From the human T2T-CHM13v2.0 reference genome, Homo sapiens, in assembly GCF_009914755.1 (NCBI RefSeq), contig NC_060940.1: a stretch of 64,000 nucleotides of DNA. One strand, given 5' to 3'. Both the position numbers and the translations under genes were made by a program. The notes beneath the pieces are model-generated. The model had not been told where the DNA came from. It did not search any database and saw only the letters and a program-made list of their open reading frames with translations. This document shows, in pieces, positions 34,205 to 49,269 of this stretch (position 1 is the first letter of the stretch; each line of letters opens with the position of its first letter).

Positions 34205-34363
34205 TTGGGCCTGTGGGTGTGTGAGTGGCGAGGGCGTGTCACTTGGACCTGTGGGTGTGTGAGTGGCGAGGGCGTGTCACTTGGACCTGTGGGTGTGTGA
34301 GTGGCGAGGGCGTGTCACTTGGACCTGTGGGTGTGTGAGTGGCGAGGGGAGGGCGTGTCACTT
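34205..34363. repeat. 38-bp minisatellite, 4 copies (cctgtgggtgtgtgagtggcgagggcgtgtcacttgga)
   Basis: Unit starts at 34210, 34248, 34286 and 34324; the last copy has a 5-bp insertion. Confidence 0.96.
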
Positions 34364-35031
34364 CTACAGCACAGTTTGGCCTTTTATCTCTCAGGTAACA
34401 TAATTGCCGCTCAAACATGCAGTGTTTCTACCATGTGGCTGTGGCATGAGTTACAATCTAGTCGAATTTTTCATATGCTTTTTCTCCGTTGTTAGGAGCT
34501 TGATAAAATATTGTTTTCTCTACTTGGGGCCATGAATTGAAAAACCAAAATTAAGAAATGTGGGATGTTAAGATGAAAGAGCATTCTGCCTTCCTGCAGA
34601 AGCGCCTCCTGCCAGCGGAGGGCTGCTTTGTCTTTTAGTTTGCTTGCTTGGCAGCTTGCCACTGGCAAGATAAGGTGGCTAGTAATTTAGTGGCATCAGG
34701 AGAAACGAATTCAGGTGAAAGGTAGCTGGCATCTTTTCTAGAGTTGTGCTCCAGTGATTTAAAAATTATTTTCTCCAGTGGAAAAAATGCAGTCACCTTA
34801 TTTAATAAGCATGTTTAAACCTCAGTCGTAATCCTGTTATTTATGTTCAGAAAGAAAGAGAAAATGCTCACCATTCTTTAGTTTCCAGAATCTCAGCTTT
34901 GGAAGTAGCACACATCCCAACCATGACTGAGTCAATAAGCCCCCGATGACATAGTGTTGGCAGTGGGCAGTGTGTGTGGTGTGGGTGTGTGTGGGTACTC
35001 ATGGAGAGTAGAGAGTAGAGACAGTTCTTAA

Positions 35032-35333
<302 letters not shown>

Positions 35334-36898
35334 AATTTGGTATCTTAATGGGATTTTAAAGGAGGGCTTTGTGGTTCAGGAGAGTCTTTGAGACGGAAAG
35401 CAGAACACACAGGTAGCCCAGAGGGAGACTTCAGAACATGACCTTCCTATAGCCACGGGCCCAGGTATCCTTTTCACAAGGCCGCAGCACTGTTTTCACA
35501 CTGTGCGTTTAGCATAACTATTAATAGATGACAGTTTTTTCCCTTGCTCACTTTGCATTTGTCTAGGGAATTTTATGTCTTTGCTTTGATTTTTGAACTG
35601 TGTATTCTTACAAATAGTTATATAGTTAATGAGTGAACTTCGAACCATCCTGGCACTTTTATTCTGTTGTGTATTTAGATATCCAGTTACCACAGACTAA
35701 GTGCATCTGATGTGTGAGGGAGGTTTGCTGAATGAAAGGTGCTGTGTGCCTGTGGAATAAAACACACACATTTCCACAGTGCCACAACCCATCTGGCATT
35801 CCTGCAGGTGCGCTTTTTTATCAGCTTAGCAAATCAAAGTAAGTGTGTTGAGCATGCTTACTGAAGGTGGCAGTGTCATCTGGGAGTTTGCTGGTGGTCG
35901 TCTCACCAGATCCCTGCTGTGCCTCTTACTGGCAGTGTCACCTGCTGGCACTGTCACCTGGCTTCCTCATCTGAAGCTGGCAGTGTCGCCTGGCTTCCTC
36001 ATCTGTCAGAGGGCCACAGTAACAGGACCTCCTCCCCAGAGTTGTTGAGGAGCAGGATGTGTGCCTGGCACACCCTGAGTGCCCAGTCAGTGCCACCTGG
36101 TGTCACTGGTCCAGCCTTTCCAGCCTCTCCACCCTCAGTCAGCGCCACCTGGCATTACCGGCCCCGCCTCTCCACTTGGCTTGTCCTCAGCGTCATCTGT
36201 GTATTTTTCCCGATTGCTGGGGTTTTCTTCTGCATGTTGTGGGAGTGGCTGGGAGTTGAGTGAGTGTTCACACCCCGTGGTTGAATGTTGAGGAAGGGGA
36301 CAGCCGGAAGATGGTGAGCAGGGTTCTAACAGCTCTCTGCCTTGTGAAGTGGATGGGTGAAGAGGTCCCTTCTCTGAATTGTGCGTCTTCCCAGCCTGCT
36401 GCAGTCTCTCGGGTCTGGAGGTTTCCTTCAGCATTCTCTCTTCCCCGAGCAGAACAGAATACTGGGAAGTGTGAAGAGAACATTGATATAATAGTGATGA
36501 AACTGTTTTGACTCAGAAAAAGATGATTTCTTGATGTTACAATAAATTTTGTGTAAAAATAGAGTGATTCAAAACACTTTTCATGCCTCAAAATAACACA
36601 GCTTTCTGTCACCAGGGGGCATCCTAGTGTCATTAACAGAAAAAGAGGGCATTCTATGTATCAGTTTCTAAACTGTCTTCTTTGACCACAGAGGGTTTTG
36701 AACGAGATGGAGGCTTCCTGAGACACACATGGCCGCTGTGTCCACTGCCCTTATAGACCCACCTCTCTGCTCCAGGTGCCTGCCAGCATCAATGCTGGTG
36801 TGTGGAATGGTCTTTGCCTTGCGGGTGCCAAGGCTAGTGTAGCCCATCTCAGCATACAGAATGCTTTCTTCTGGGTGTCAACGTGATGCGTACTAGGT

Positions 36899-36911
36899 TG
36901 CCCCCTGGTGG
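36899..36911 (-). promoter_or_regulatory. Candidate CTCF site
   Basis: tgccccctggtgg, reverse complement CCACCAGGGGGCA, a consensus-matching core. Confidence 0.55.
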
Positions 36912-37264
36912 TGGAGATAAGTGCAGCTGTCAACTCCTGAAGGTGTTGGCTTCTTTTGAATTGCCCTGTGTTTTCCTGTTTGTCATAATTCTCTGGGAAG
37001 AGAACTTACTGCGTTACTAGCAGAGAGAAGCTTTTATTGCTGTGATTATTGAATTGGTGTGCTGAGATCTCATTGGAGAACTCAGCTGAGGAAGCCAATC
37101 AAGCAGCAGCTCTCATACAGTATTGGGCATGAGACTTACCTAGGAGCCTCTGAACTTTGCGGCCCTAGGGCCGTTCCTGCACTGGCCTTTGTACTGCAGT
37201 GAACAGACTTTGGGAAGTGCTGCACCAGAATGTCTTTTTGTTCTTTTGTTCTGCCCTCAGGTAG

Positions 37265-37920
<656 letters not shown>

Positions 37921-38553
37921 TGAGATAACCTTTCAGCTTTTTACAAAGAAGTCAGACAGTTCCCATTCTGCTTTCTGTCTGCCAAACAAGGAATGTGACT
38001 TCTAGCTGTTAATGTAGTTAATTAAGGCACTGTGTTAAAAAGGGAGCTGCAGTCACCAGGCTTTTTGTTTATAGTGCGCTTTCCTCTGCTCTCCGACCAT
38101 GGACCTGGTCCCAGCCTCTACTGGCTGTGTTGCAATGTAGTGATCGTGAATAAGAGGTGCAGTCAGGAAGAGTCATCTTCGCTAGTGCACAAACAAAAGT
38201 GTCTGTGGTCTGGATGGTCAGTCACTGACATCCTGTGGAAAGAAGGATGTATCATAAGCATTTCATTGTAGCTGATTTACATGTCCATTGGAGTTCATTT
38301 TTATTCCTTTTGGCTTCATTTTCGGATCTGTTTAATAGTGATAAATATTTGAAAGCATTTCTATTGTGTTTTTTTCGTTAAATGAAGATGATTTAGATTG
38401 CACTGACTCTTCATGTATGTTATTCTGCTAGAAGTAACGGCATGCAAAGTTGTATGGATTAAGAGTTTTAATGAATTGTTGCCTTAATTAAATGGTAAGC
38501 GTTGGTTTTAACATTTTGTTGAATTAAAATTTGTTTTCTGATTCCTTGTGCAG

Positions 38554-38614
38554 CTTCCTCCATACAGTGGAACAGTTCTGTGTGGCACACAGGCTGTGGA
38601 TAAACTACCTGATG
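38554..38614 (+). CDS. USP10: USP10 exon 3 ([21 protein letters not shown])
   Basis: ttccttgtgcag|CTT...GATG|gtaagc; 61 nt, phase 0-1; frame continuous with exons 2 and 4. Confidence 0.96.
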
Positions 38615-41600
38615 GTAAGCTAGTTCTCTCCTTATTTCCCTGAAGGGAATTTGGCCATACGTGCTGGGTGGGCAGGCTACCTGTAAACATTGTTTCCCAT
38701 TTGAATAAACATTTCTTTGTAGCTTGAAGTTTTTGCTGTAAACTGTAATGTATTTAATTGCTGAATCACTTTGACTAGTGAATTGGTTTTAAAGCGTATC
38801 CTGTGCTTCGGAGTGCCAGCCATGTAAGATTTAGTTTAGGAAATGGTTGTTGAGTTCTTTTTTTCCTAACAGTTCTGAGTGCAACAGGTATGTTACTCTT
38901 CATCAGCACATGCTGGAGTTGAAGCGAACTTTGGGTCTTGTTGCTAAGCAGCCTGCTGGCTCCAGCGCCAGCTAGCTTCTGAGCCTGTGTTCTTTGTAAA
39001 CTAAGGGGCAGCTGGCATCTGTTGTTCTTGCAGTTCACATTCATGTCCTGGTCTGTCGCTGACTCTTGGGAACTCAGGTCAACTCTTCACCTCCTGGTCT
39101 GTTACTTTTTTGGGTCTCCATCACAGGCACTAAGCTGATTGCCAGAGATGGTGCTTATGGAGATGCAATGATTTTGTATTGCTTAAGTACCCAGCGTTGG
39201 AATACCAACAAGGTTGTTTAATTATTGATTGCAGGCTGCCCTTGCACAATTCAAACTTGTCGAGATCATTTTTCAATCTGAATCACTTTAAAGGCCCTTA
39301 CTGGCCTCCAGGAAACTGATGCCAAACTTTTTCTTTGAGAGTTAGAGGTTTGGATTCCCTGTTCAGTTAGCATGGTCAGACTTATGAAAGGGGTTTTAAT
39401 TACAATTTAGGCTTCAATAGAAGCCTTGAAAAGACTAACCAAACGTTTTATCTCCAGTAACATCAGGGAGTGATTATATCTAAAATTTTAGATTTATAAG
39501 AAATGTGGGAGACCATAAGGGAAAGAGCAGATCTAACAATAGCTTAGGACAAGTAATAAAATGAATGAAGCTTGAGGGACCGGGAAGCCGGGCTGCTCAG
39601 CCTCCTGAGCCACCTTTTAATTGGCTGATGTCAACCTCTCAGACATCTGAGTCAGTGGGACTTCCTCTGTCACTGTGTGCTTTGCACGTGGTGAGCATGC
39701 TGCTCATGTTGAACCAGTGCTTACAAATGCCCCATGATGTTCCCATGCACATCACTTCTTTGAGTTCACCCTCCTCCCTGTGCAGTGGGCACCACCAGCT
39801 CCCCCAGCCTCTGGAGTTCTGCTTCCCCCTCCCTCCTTCCAGCCTGCCTGCCCTTTTCAGTGACTGCTTCTTGGCCCTTTTTCTCCATTCTTTACTCTGT
39901 TCCCTCTAAGTCCTGCCTTTTTTCTGCCAAAAACACGACTGGAATCTTGCCACCAGTTTGCACAGTTAGTGACAGGCCTGCTTTTCTCTGCAGCCTTTCT
40001 GGGTATCTTGTGTTTCCATGACATTAGTTTCTCTTCCAGTGCCTGTTCGACTGTACAGAGCCTGTGGGCACTGTCATGGACCTGCCTCTCTTTCCAGCCT
40101 GCTCAGCTGCTGATGGCAGGATCCATTTCTCTGTGTCTGTCACTGCGCCTGTAGTATCTGGAATGTTGTAAGCCCTCAGTACATTTGTTGGATGAATGGT
40201 TTAGGATGCTTTATTCTGCTCCCTCCCACTACCTCCAGCTGCAGCAAGCCCTTTGCAGAGGCACCTCATCGTGGCTTCCCTTTTAGATCTCGGCCTTTTC
40301 TATTTTTGTGTTTTTTAATTTTTTTATATTTTAATTTTTGTAGGTACATAATAGGTGTATATATGTATGGGGTACATGAGATATTTTCATACAGGCATAC
40401 AACAAGTAATAATCACATCAAGGTGAATGGTTGTCCTTCACCTCAAGCACTGCCTGTTTTAGATGTTCCTAAAGCTTGAGATACCACTCCTTCACCCTGC
40501 CCTTAGCAATTCAGTGATCCATCAAGTTCCACTGACCTCTCTAGTTTCTGATAGAAGTTGATCACTGTTTCCTGCATCCAGAAGAATCCTTTTTCTAAAG
40601 CTATTCACAGCTTTCTCTCCCCTCCCTCCATGTTTTCATTCTCAGTTGTTTGTATTTGTCTCCCTAATAAATGTGAACTCTCTGAGCAGGGCCCTTGTGT
40701 CACTAATCTCTGTATATTTCCCTCCCTCGCCCCCTGCCTTGTAGTCCAGTCCTCTCTACTGCATGTACTGCAGTGAGCAGCCTTGGAGAAATGCTGTGTT
40801 AGGATTCGTGGTTTTAAGAGCCTCTGCCTGCATTACCTGAGTATTGAGTTTCCATCTTCCTAATGTATTGATTGGGTTGTTGAAGCCAAGCGTGCAGGCC
40901 GTCCTGCACTTCGTCTGCCTGGCACATTGGGCTCTGAGCTCTCTGCCATGCGGTGCAAGGCACATGGCGTCCATTGTGAGTGTTCCTCCATAAGAAGAGG
41001 AACTGTGCTGGCTAGGAATCTGCCTTCTAGTGAGATGATCAAACATGGTATTGAGTAAATGTTTGATACTAATTATAACATACTGAAATGGTTCTGTTCA
41101 CGTTACATCACATTCTAGAATGTTTTATGTTCTGATAAGATTGAGAATTGAGATGTGTACAGCACATCTGTGTCTTAGAAATAATCAGTCTTGCATAAGC
41201 TGAATGACACAACACGTTCTAGTTTCTAATGTGATTTCACAGCCTTCAAAGGGCAGGCTCCACATGGAGCCTTCCGCCCCAGGCACACCCGTTTCAATCT
41301 GGGGAGCCTTGACGGCCCCAGAACATCAGGGAATAGGGGATGTATGGAACCAAAATGAACAGCCAGCCCCTACATATGATAATAAATTCATTTCCCCTTG
41401 ATATTCTTTTCAAAGTAAGGAAACAAAAAATAAATAGTAGCCAAAGGAATTAGATGGTCGTGACTTCATGCATAAACTTGCTGTTAGGTGTAATCGTCAT
41501 CAGTGTTCTTTTCCAGGAACTTTCTCTTGTTGGGGCAGGATTGTGCTGCCACCACCCTTCACCCCCCACAGTCGGGGGCTGTGATTCTAAAGCATACGAA

Positions 41601-42877
41601 GATTCAGGAGGCCTCGGGAGGCTGTGTAGCTCCAGCCTCCTGCACACTCACTTGCACGTAACTGGCCCCTCTCAGCGTCTGTATTTTTTCTTCTACAAAA
41701 AGATTTCTAGGGGTCCTTTCAAGGTAAAATATATTCAGTTCTCCGCAGTAGAACACCGTTCTTTGGGTATTAGTTTCTTTTCTTAAGATAGATGCCTTGA
41801 AAAAAAAATTGGCCCCTTAATGCTAGCCTGGAAGAAATCTTCATGCATTAAAGATGAAATATAAGGCATGTGTCCTTCCCTTAACTTCAAAATGTGTAAC
41901 TTTTTATCAAATATAAGGTGACATTGATGCTTGATTTCTGTTGAAAGACACAATTGATTCTAAAACTTAACCTGATTTCAGAGGTGTAAACTATAAAAAT
42001 ACGTCTGTCTTAGCAGGAATGAATTATGTGGATTGTGGTTAACTGGGAAGGAAGTATTGAAGGCTTCCCAAGAGATATTTAAAAGTTCACAATTCTAACT
42101 TTTTCTTTTGGTATTTTTGGAAGGCTTTACCACCCATGGGGTTAATCCAGTGTGAATTTATTTAGAGGACGTTTGCATGTGTTCATGTCAGGGCCATTTT
42201 TCAGACTTAATTGAAGGTTACCAGCGGGGGAGACCAAGAGATAGAGAATTCAGAAGAGTGCTCTGAAGTGCGCTTTTATATATAGGATTCTTTGTTGTTG
42301 TTGTTGTTGTTGTTGAATCTTTTTTTGACATCTTTTTTTTTTGTTTTTAAATTTATACTTTCTAATTTCTCCTATCCAGTATGTATAGGATTCTTTGCGT
42401 AGTTCATGTTTTTGGAATTAATCAAATCACGTTAACTACAGAAGCTGATTTAACCATGTTTTAAGTCCCTAAGTTAGTTGTCATGATCTTTTAAAATTTA
42501 AGTTGTCCAAAATACATATTCCTTTATCTCAGGCATAAGGCAGCTATAAGAAAGTCAGATTCCATTGGGGGGTATTTTTAAAATTGGCAAAATATTACTT
42601 GCTTTTTATTACAAATTTATTTTAATTTCTACCTTCTGAAAGCCTTCCTTAGCTAGAAAGATAAGTACAGGCTTCTGCTTTTCATATGCCCAAATTAAAT
42701 AATAATTTTATAGTTGTTTCATTTTCCGCAAATTGTTCAGCGTAAGTAAAGGACGTAATAGATTTGTTGATTAGGAAGAGAACTTAAGGTTTTTATTTTC
42801 AAAGAGAAAGTGAGTAATTACTGGTACTTAGAGTTTGTAGAACTGGGTTCTTAACTAATAGTTTTCTTTCTAAACAG

Positions 42878-43918
42878 GACAAGAATATCAGAGAATTGAG
42901 TTTGGTGTCGATGAAGTCATTGAACCCAGTGACACTTTGCCGAGAACCCCCAGCTACAGTATTTCAAGCACACTGAACCCTCAGGCCCCTGAATTTATTC
43001 TCGGTTGTACAGCTTCCAAAATAACCCCTGATGGTATCACTAAAGAAGCAAGCTATGGCTCCATCGACTGCCAGTACCCAGGCTCTGCCCTCGCTTTGGA
43101 TGGAAGTTCTAATGTGGAGGCGGAAGTTTTGGAAAATGATGGTGTCTCAGGTGGTCTTGGACAAAGGGAGCGTAAAAAGAAGAAAAAGCGGCCACCTGGA
43201 TATTACAGCTATTTGAAAGATGGTGGCGATGATAGTATCTCCACAGAAGCCCTGGTCAATGGCCATGCCAATTCAGCAGTCCCGAACAGTGTCAGTGCAG
43301 AGGATGCAGAATTTATGGGTGACATGCCCCCGTCAGTTACGCCCAGGACTTGTAACAGCCCCCAGAACTCCACAGACTCTGTCAGTGACATTGTGCCTGA
43401 CAGTCCTTTCCCCGGAGCACTCGGCAGTGACACCAGGACTGCAGGGCAGCCAGAGGGGGGCCCCGGGGCTGATTTTGGTCAGTCCTGCTTCCCTGCAGAG
43501 GCTGGCAGAGACACCCTGTCAAGGACAGCTGGGGCTCAGCCCTGCGTTGGTACCGATACTACTGAAAACCTTGGAGTTGCTAATGGACAAATACTTGAAT
43601 CCTCGGGTGAGGGCACAGCTACCAACGGGGTGGAGTTGCACACCACGGAAAGCATAGACTTGGACCCAACCAAACCCGAGAGTGCATCACCTCCTGCTGA
43701 CGGCACGGGCTCTGCATCAGGCACCCTTCCTGTCAGCCAGCCCAAGTCCTGGGCCAGCCTCTTTCATGATTCTAAGCCCTCTTCCTCCTCGCCGGTGGCC
43801 TATGTGGAAACTAAGTATTCCCCTCCCGCCATATCTCCCCTGGTTTCTGAAAAGCAGGTTGAAGTCAAAGAAGGGCTTGTTCCGGTTTCAGAGGATCCTG
43901 TAGCCATAAAGATTGCAG
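42878..43918 (+). CDS. USP10: USP10 exon 4 (aa 51-398, large disordered region; PAM2 [13 protein letters not shown] at 42967-43005, basic RERKKKKKR tract, PKSWASLF)
   Basis: ttttctttctaaacag|GA...GCAG|gtatag; 1041 nt, phase 1-1; contains ORF-track ORF 42937..43944, which matches USP10. Confidence 0.98.
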
Positions 43919-44585
43919 GTATAGTTGAAAAGATACAAATCTAGAGTGAAGATGGGAGCAGACCTCATCAACTGGGCTTATAGACTGTGGTGTTACCCAT
44001 AACAATGGCAGATTACCTGTGTGTTAATAGCAACGTCTGAAGGATGCCTATGTCTTAAATGTTCTCTAAAAGTAAGATAATATAGAAACAAATGGGAGGA
44101 GAGGGTTGTCGTAACTTTATGTTAAGTGAAAGATCCATGTCTGTTAGCAGTTCTTTTCTGTTGACAAGTTACATTTCCATTTCTTGCCTTTTGTTCAAGT
44201 AATTCTGCTCCACGGTATGAATGTATAATGGACTTTTTCTGTGATATACCTTTGGTATGATAATCCTGATTTGTACTCACTGTGTGCTCCTTTTTTATAT
44301 TTCTTAAGATACAAGAAATCATTTTGTGAAATAACATGGTTTTTTTTTTTTGGATTGAGTAAATGGATTTTATTCAGAATTTTGATACACCAAGGTCAGC
44401 TCTTGAAGAGAAAAAAAATGTTAAGGGTTCAGCCCAAAGTTAATGTTTTATTTTAGAGTGCTAAGGCTCCAAAGTAGAAACAATTCACAATAAAAATAGA
44501 AAGCTGCATAATTCACAGATTGTTTTTAAAAAGTTACAGTAGGAAGTCAGAAATGCAGCAGGGTATGAAAGAGGTATGTGTCCTC

Positions 44586-45378
44586 ACATAGCCACGTGTT
44601 GCTTAACTAAGATGGATATGTGTTCCGAGATGTGCGTGTTAACATCAGAGAGTACTACACAAATACAGGTGGTAGAGCCTTAGGCTGGTGGTGCAGCCTA
44701 TTACTCCCGGGCTGCAAACCTGTCCAGCGTGTTACTACTGAATACTGTAGGCAGTTGTAACACAGTGCTAAGTATTTGTGTGCCTGAACACATTTAGACA
44801 TAGAAAAAATATAGTACAGATATGGTATAAAGGATGAAAAGTGCTTCACCTGTATAGAGCACTCACCGTGAATGGAGCTTGCAAGACTGGAGTGGCTCTG
44901 GATGGGTCAGTGATGAGTGCTGAGTGAATGTGAAGGCCCAGGACAGTACTGAGCAAAGCCGAGTTTTATAAACAGTCAACACTTAGGCTGTACTACGTTG
45001 ATTTACAAATTTTTCCTCAATAAGAAATTAACCTTAACCTACTGTAACTTTTTTACGTTTTATTTTACTTTTAAATTAAAAATTCTAAACTTTTTGACTC
45101 TTTCATGAGAACATTTAGCTTAAAACACACACTACAGCTATACAAAAATATTTTCTTCCTTTTTATTCTTACTTTCCTATAAGCTTTTTCATATTAAAAA
45201 TTGTTTTTAACTTTTTAAACTTAAAAAGTAAGACACAAACATTAGCCTGGGCCTGCACAGGGTCAGGAGCATCAAGACGCCACTAGGCGGCAGGACGTTT
45301 CAGTTCCACTAGAATCTTGTGGGACCATCATACGTGCGGCTCATTGTTGACCGAAATGTTACGCCGCGCGTGACTGTA
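44586..45378. mobile_element. Tigger3b-like (TcMar) DNA transposon relic
   Basis: gctgcaaacctgtccagcgtgttactactgaatactgtaggcagttgtaacaca...; terminal gcgcgtgactg-ta. Confidence 0.8.
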
Positions 45379-45796
45379 CGTACCTAAGAAGCAGAAGCTG
45401 TGTCATCAGGTTGGATTCCACCAAGCCTGGTGACCAGATCTTCAGATTGTCACCCTAGTAGCCAAGTTAAAATAAGCTGTTTGGTTTAGGCTTTCTGTAA
45501 TACTTTCTGATGTGACCTTTTGGAACACCTGACACCCTTCATTACCAGGATGTAGCAGCAAGCTGCCAAATGCACACCCTTCGATGGATGGTCAGAATTG
45601 TGTAAAAAATAAAACACATTCTTTGGGTGGCAATAGGGTGATAGCAAGCAATGTATATATATTTTTAAGAGTATTTTATTCCTTATACAAAATACATTAT
45701 CTCAGGTACTCTTGTTGTTCTGAAGTTCTCTTAAATGAGCAAATGATAGGCCAGACGTCGTTATTTTGGGCTTCATATATATTTTTTAAAGCCAGG

Positions 45797-46860
<1,064 letters not shown>

Positions 46861-48372
46861 TAGTTTCGTTTCTAAAATTGCTCCACAAAGGAAAACCTCC
46901 CATCTTAGGGAGATTTTCTCTATCTTTATTTAAAATAACCAAGAAAAGCTTCATTTAAAATGTTTTAGAACATTCTACTTAGTCATATGACTTTAAATAT
47001 AGTTTGATAAATAGTTTGTTATGTTCTGTATATGTTAAAGTCTAATTGAAGTAGCTTTGTCAAACACTGAAAGTAAGGGCCTCTTAATGACTGGTAGTAG
47101 AGGAAAGCCTTGCCACACACAGTCCACGTAATTATTTTTGTGTGGACATATTGTAAACCCCTACCAAACAGATTATTTTTTTAATCCTATTTGGTTAGGT
47201 CAGTTATGAAGATGTTTTAATTTTCTGAGCAAAAGTGTAGTTTCTTTAAAAATATATAATTCTTTTCAGCCTGTTTGTTGAGGCTTCGATAGACAGAACG
47301 TAGTTGTTGACAGTTTCAGGAGTCTCGTGAGATAGTAGAGCAATAGAGTCACATTGAATAACCCTTGGGATCATATAGGGCTTAGGGAGAATGGCATTGT
47401 TTGAAATTTTTTTTGTTGTTTTATTCTCCTACTTAGGGATTTACTTTATAAAAGTGGTAAAACATACTCAGTTTGTTACAAGTCAGATCCACTACCACAA
47501 ATTCCCTTTAGTGGGCACACTTTTAAGTGTAGGCCCACTTATTTTAAGCAGCGTTTAACTGAGTGAAAGTCTAGTTTCATTAAAAGATCTGTTGATGTGG
47601 GTTATAATAGAGTTTGACTTGCATTAGTATCTAACTGTTTCTACTGAGACAGTGGTATTTGTGTTATTAACTTTTGGGAAAGAGGGAGTAGGGAATGATT
47701 TAGACATTAAATGTATTCCTTTCTGCCAGGCATGATAGTGTGGAGATTGAGGCTTGAGGCTCGATAACTTGAGCCCGGGAGTTCGAGGCCAGCCTGGGCA
47801 ACATACTGAGACCCCATCTTTAAAAAAAAAAAAAATTATACACACACAAAATGCTTGGAATAATTTGTGTATTTTTTATCTCAAGTTTGTTTCAAATACT
47901 CACATTTCTGGACTATTTCCCCTATTGTTAAGTCTGCTTAATAAATGCCAGCTAGTTTTTATGCCATCAGAAGTGAAATTAAGAAGGCAGATGGACTAAA
48001 AGAATCACGTATAAGGGATTTTGAAGTGAAATACATTAAACTCTTGATTACTCTTAAACTATCCACTTTAACGGGTTCTACTTGGACCTTCTTCGTGGCA
48101 AGGCCATCTCCTCGGTGTAGGTTATGTGTCAACATTTTGTTCCATTGGCTGTTTTTCAAGTGTAAACTGTTATTTGAAAGGAGAAGGACACGCCAGGGGA
48201 GAGCGTGTGAACTGAATACTCAGTGATTTCCTTTAGCCCCAAGGGAAGGATGTATCTAAACACAAAAGCCCTGTCTTGCCGAGGGTTGGAGAGGGATCTG
48301 TGTTTCAGTGACTGGTCTGAGAGGAGATGGTTGCCATTTATCAGTAGGAGTCAACAAAAGGAAACTTAATAC

Positions 48373-48668
48373 AGCCCGGCACAGTGGCTCACGCCTGTAA
48401 TCCCAGCACTTTCGGAGGTTGAGGTGGGTGGATCCCTTGAGGCCAGGAGTTCAAGACCAGCCTGGCCAACATAGGGAAATCCCATCTTTACTAAAAATAA
48501 AAAAATTAGATGGACGTGGTGGCTCATGGCTGTAATCCTAGCTACTGAGGAGGCTGTGTCAGGAGAATAGCTTGAACCGGGGAGGTGGAGGTTCAGTGAG
48601 CCCAGATCGTGCCACTGCACTCCAGCCTGGGCCACAGAGTGAGACTGTCTCAAAAAAAAAAAAAAAAA
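48373..48668 (+). mobile_element. AluS/J-type element
   Basis: Alu consensus; TSD aaacttaata. Confidence 0.88.
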
Positions 48669-49269
48669 CCCAAAACTTAATAGCTTGTGTTTGAAAGTAG
48701 TTGCAAAACGCGACACCCTTGTTAAGAGTGAGTATGGCAGACACGTGGGGAGTGCCTTTGCTGCTGCTTCCCTCATTAGCACAGATACTTTGGAGTTGAC
48801 GAACATGTGACGTTTGAAATTGAACGTATGCTTTCATTGAACATTGTACTTTTCCTGGGTCTTTACTAAGGAACATTCCTCATATACTAGACGAAATTGT
48901 ATCAGATGCTTTCACATCACAAATAGAGCCATTTTGTATTTGATGTTTTGCTTTCAAAATTATGCAACAGTATATTTTGTTTTAACAGAATATAAATAAT
49001 GCTGGGTAAGAAGAGTGGCCAACTGCCCGATAAGTTAAAATTCCAGTGAGAGAGAACTAGGAAAACTGAGCTCTTGAACAGCTCTGAAAACATTGCGTTG
49101 AGGTATCTAGCAATGTCATTTATTATGAATTGTTAGTCAAAACCTGTTTATATGATTTTTCACAGTGGTTTTATACCTAAAAGGCATTGGATCAAGAAAC
49201 AAAGTTATTACAATTTGGGTCTTCTCTAATGAATTACCCTGTCCGTGTTTATTTAAGTGTAAATGAACA

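Noticed and set aside
43171-43191. Poly-lysine A-rich tract as a ribosome-stalling autoregulation signal
   Set aside because: Codons AAA AAG AAG AAA AAG give a longest run of 5 A, too short for poly(A) stalling; better explained as a basic NLS-like motif.
42937-43944. 335-aa ORF as a stand-alone gene
   Set aside because: It starts at a TTG inside USP10 exon 4 and runs past the donor; it is an internal exon.
44905-44930. C/D-box-like tgatga...ctga
   Set aside because: The boxes are only a few nt apart and lie inside a Tigger3 relic, so this is not a snoRNA.
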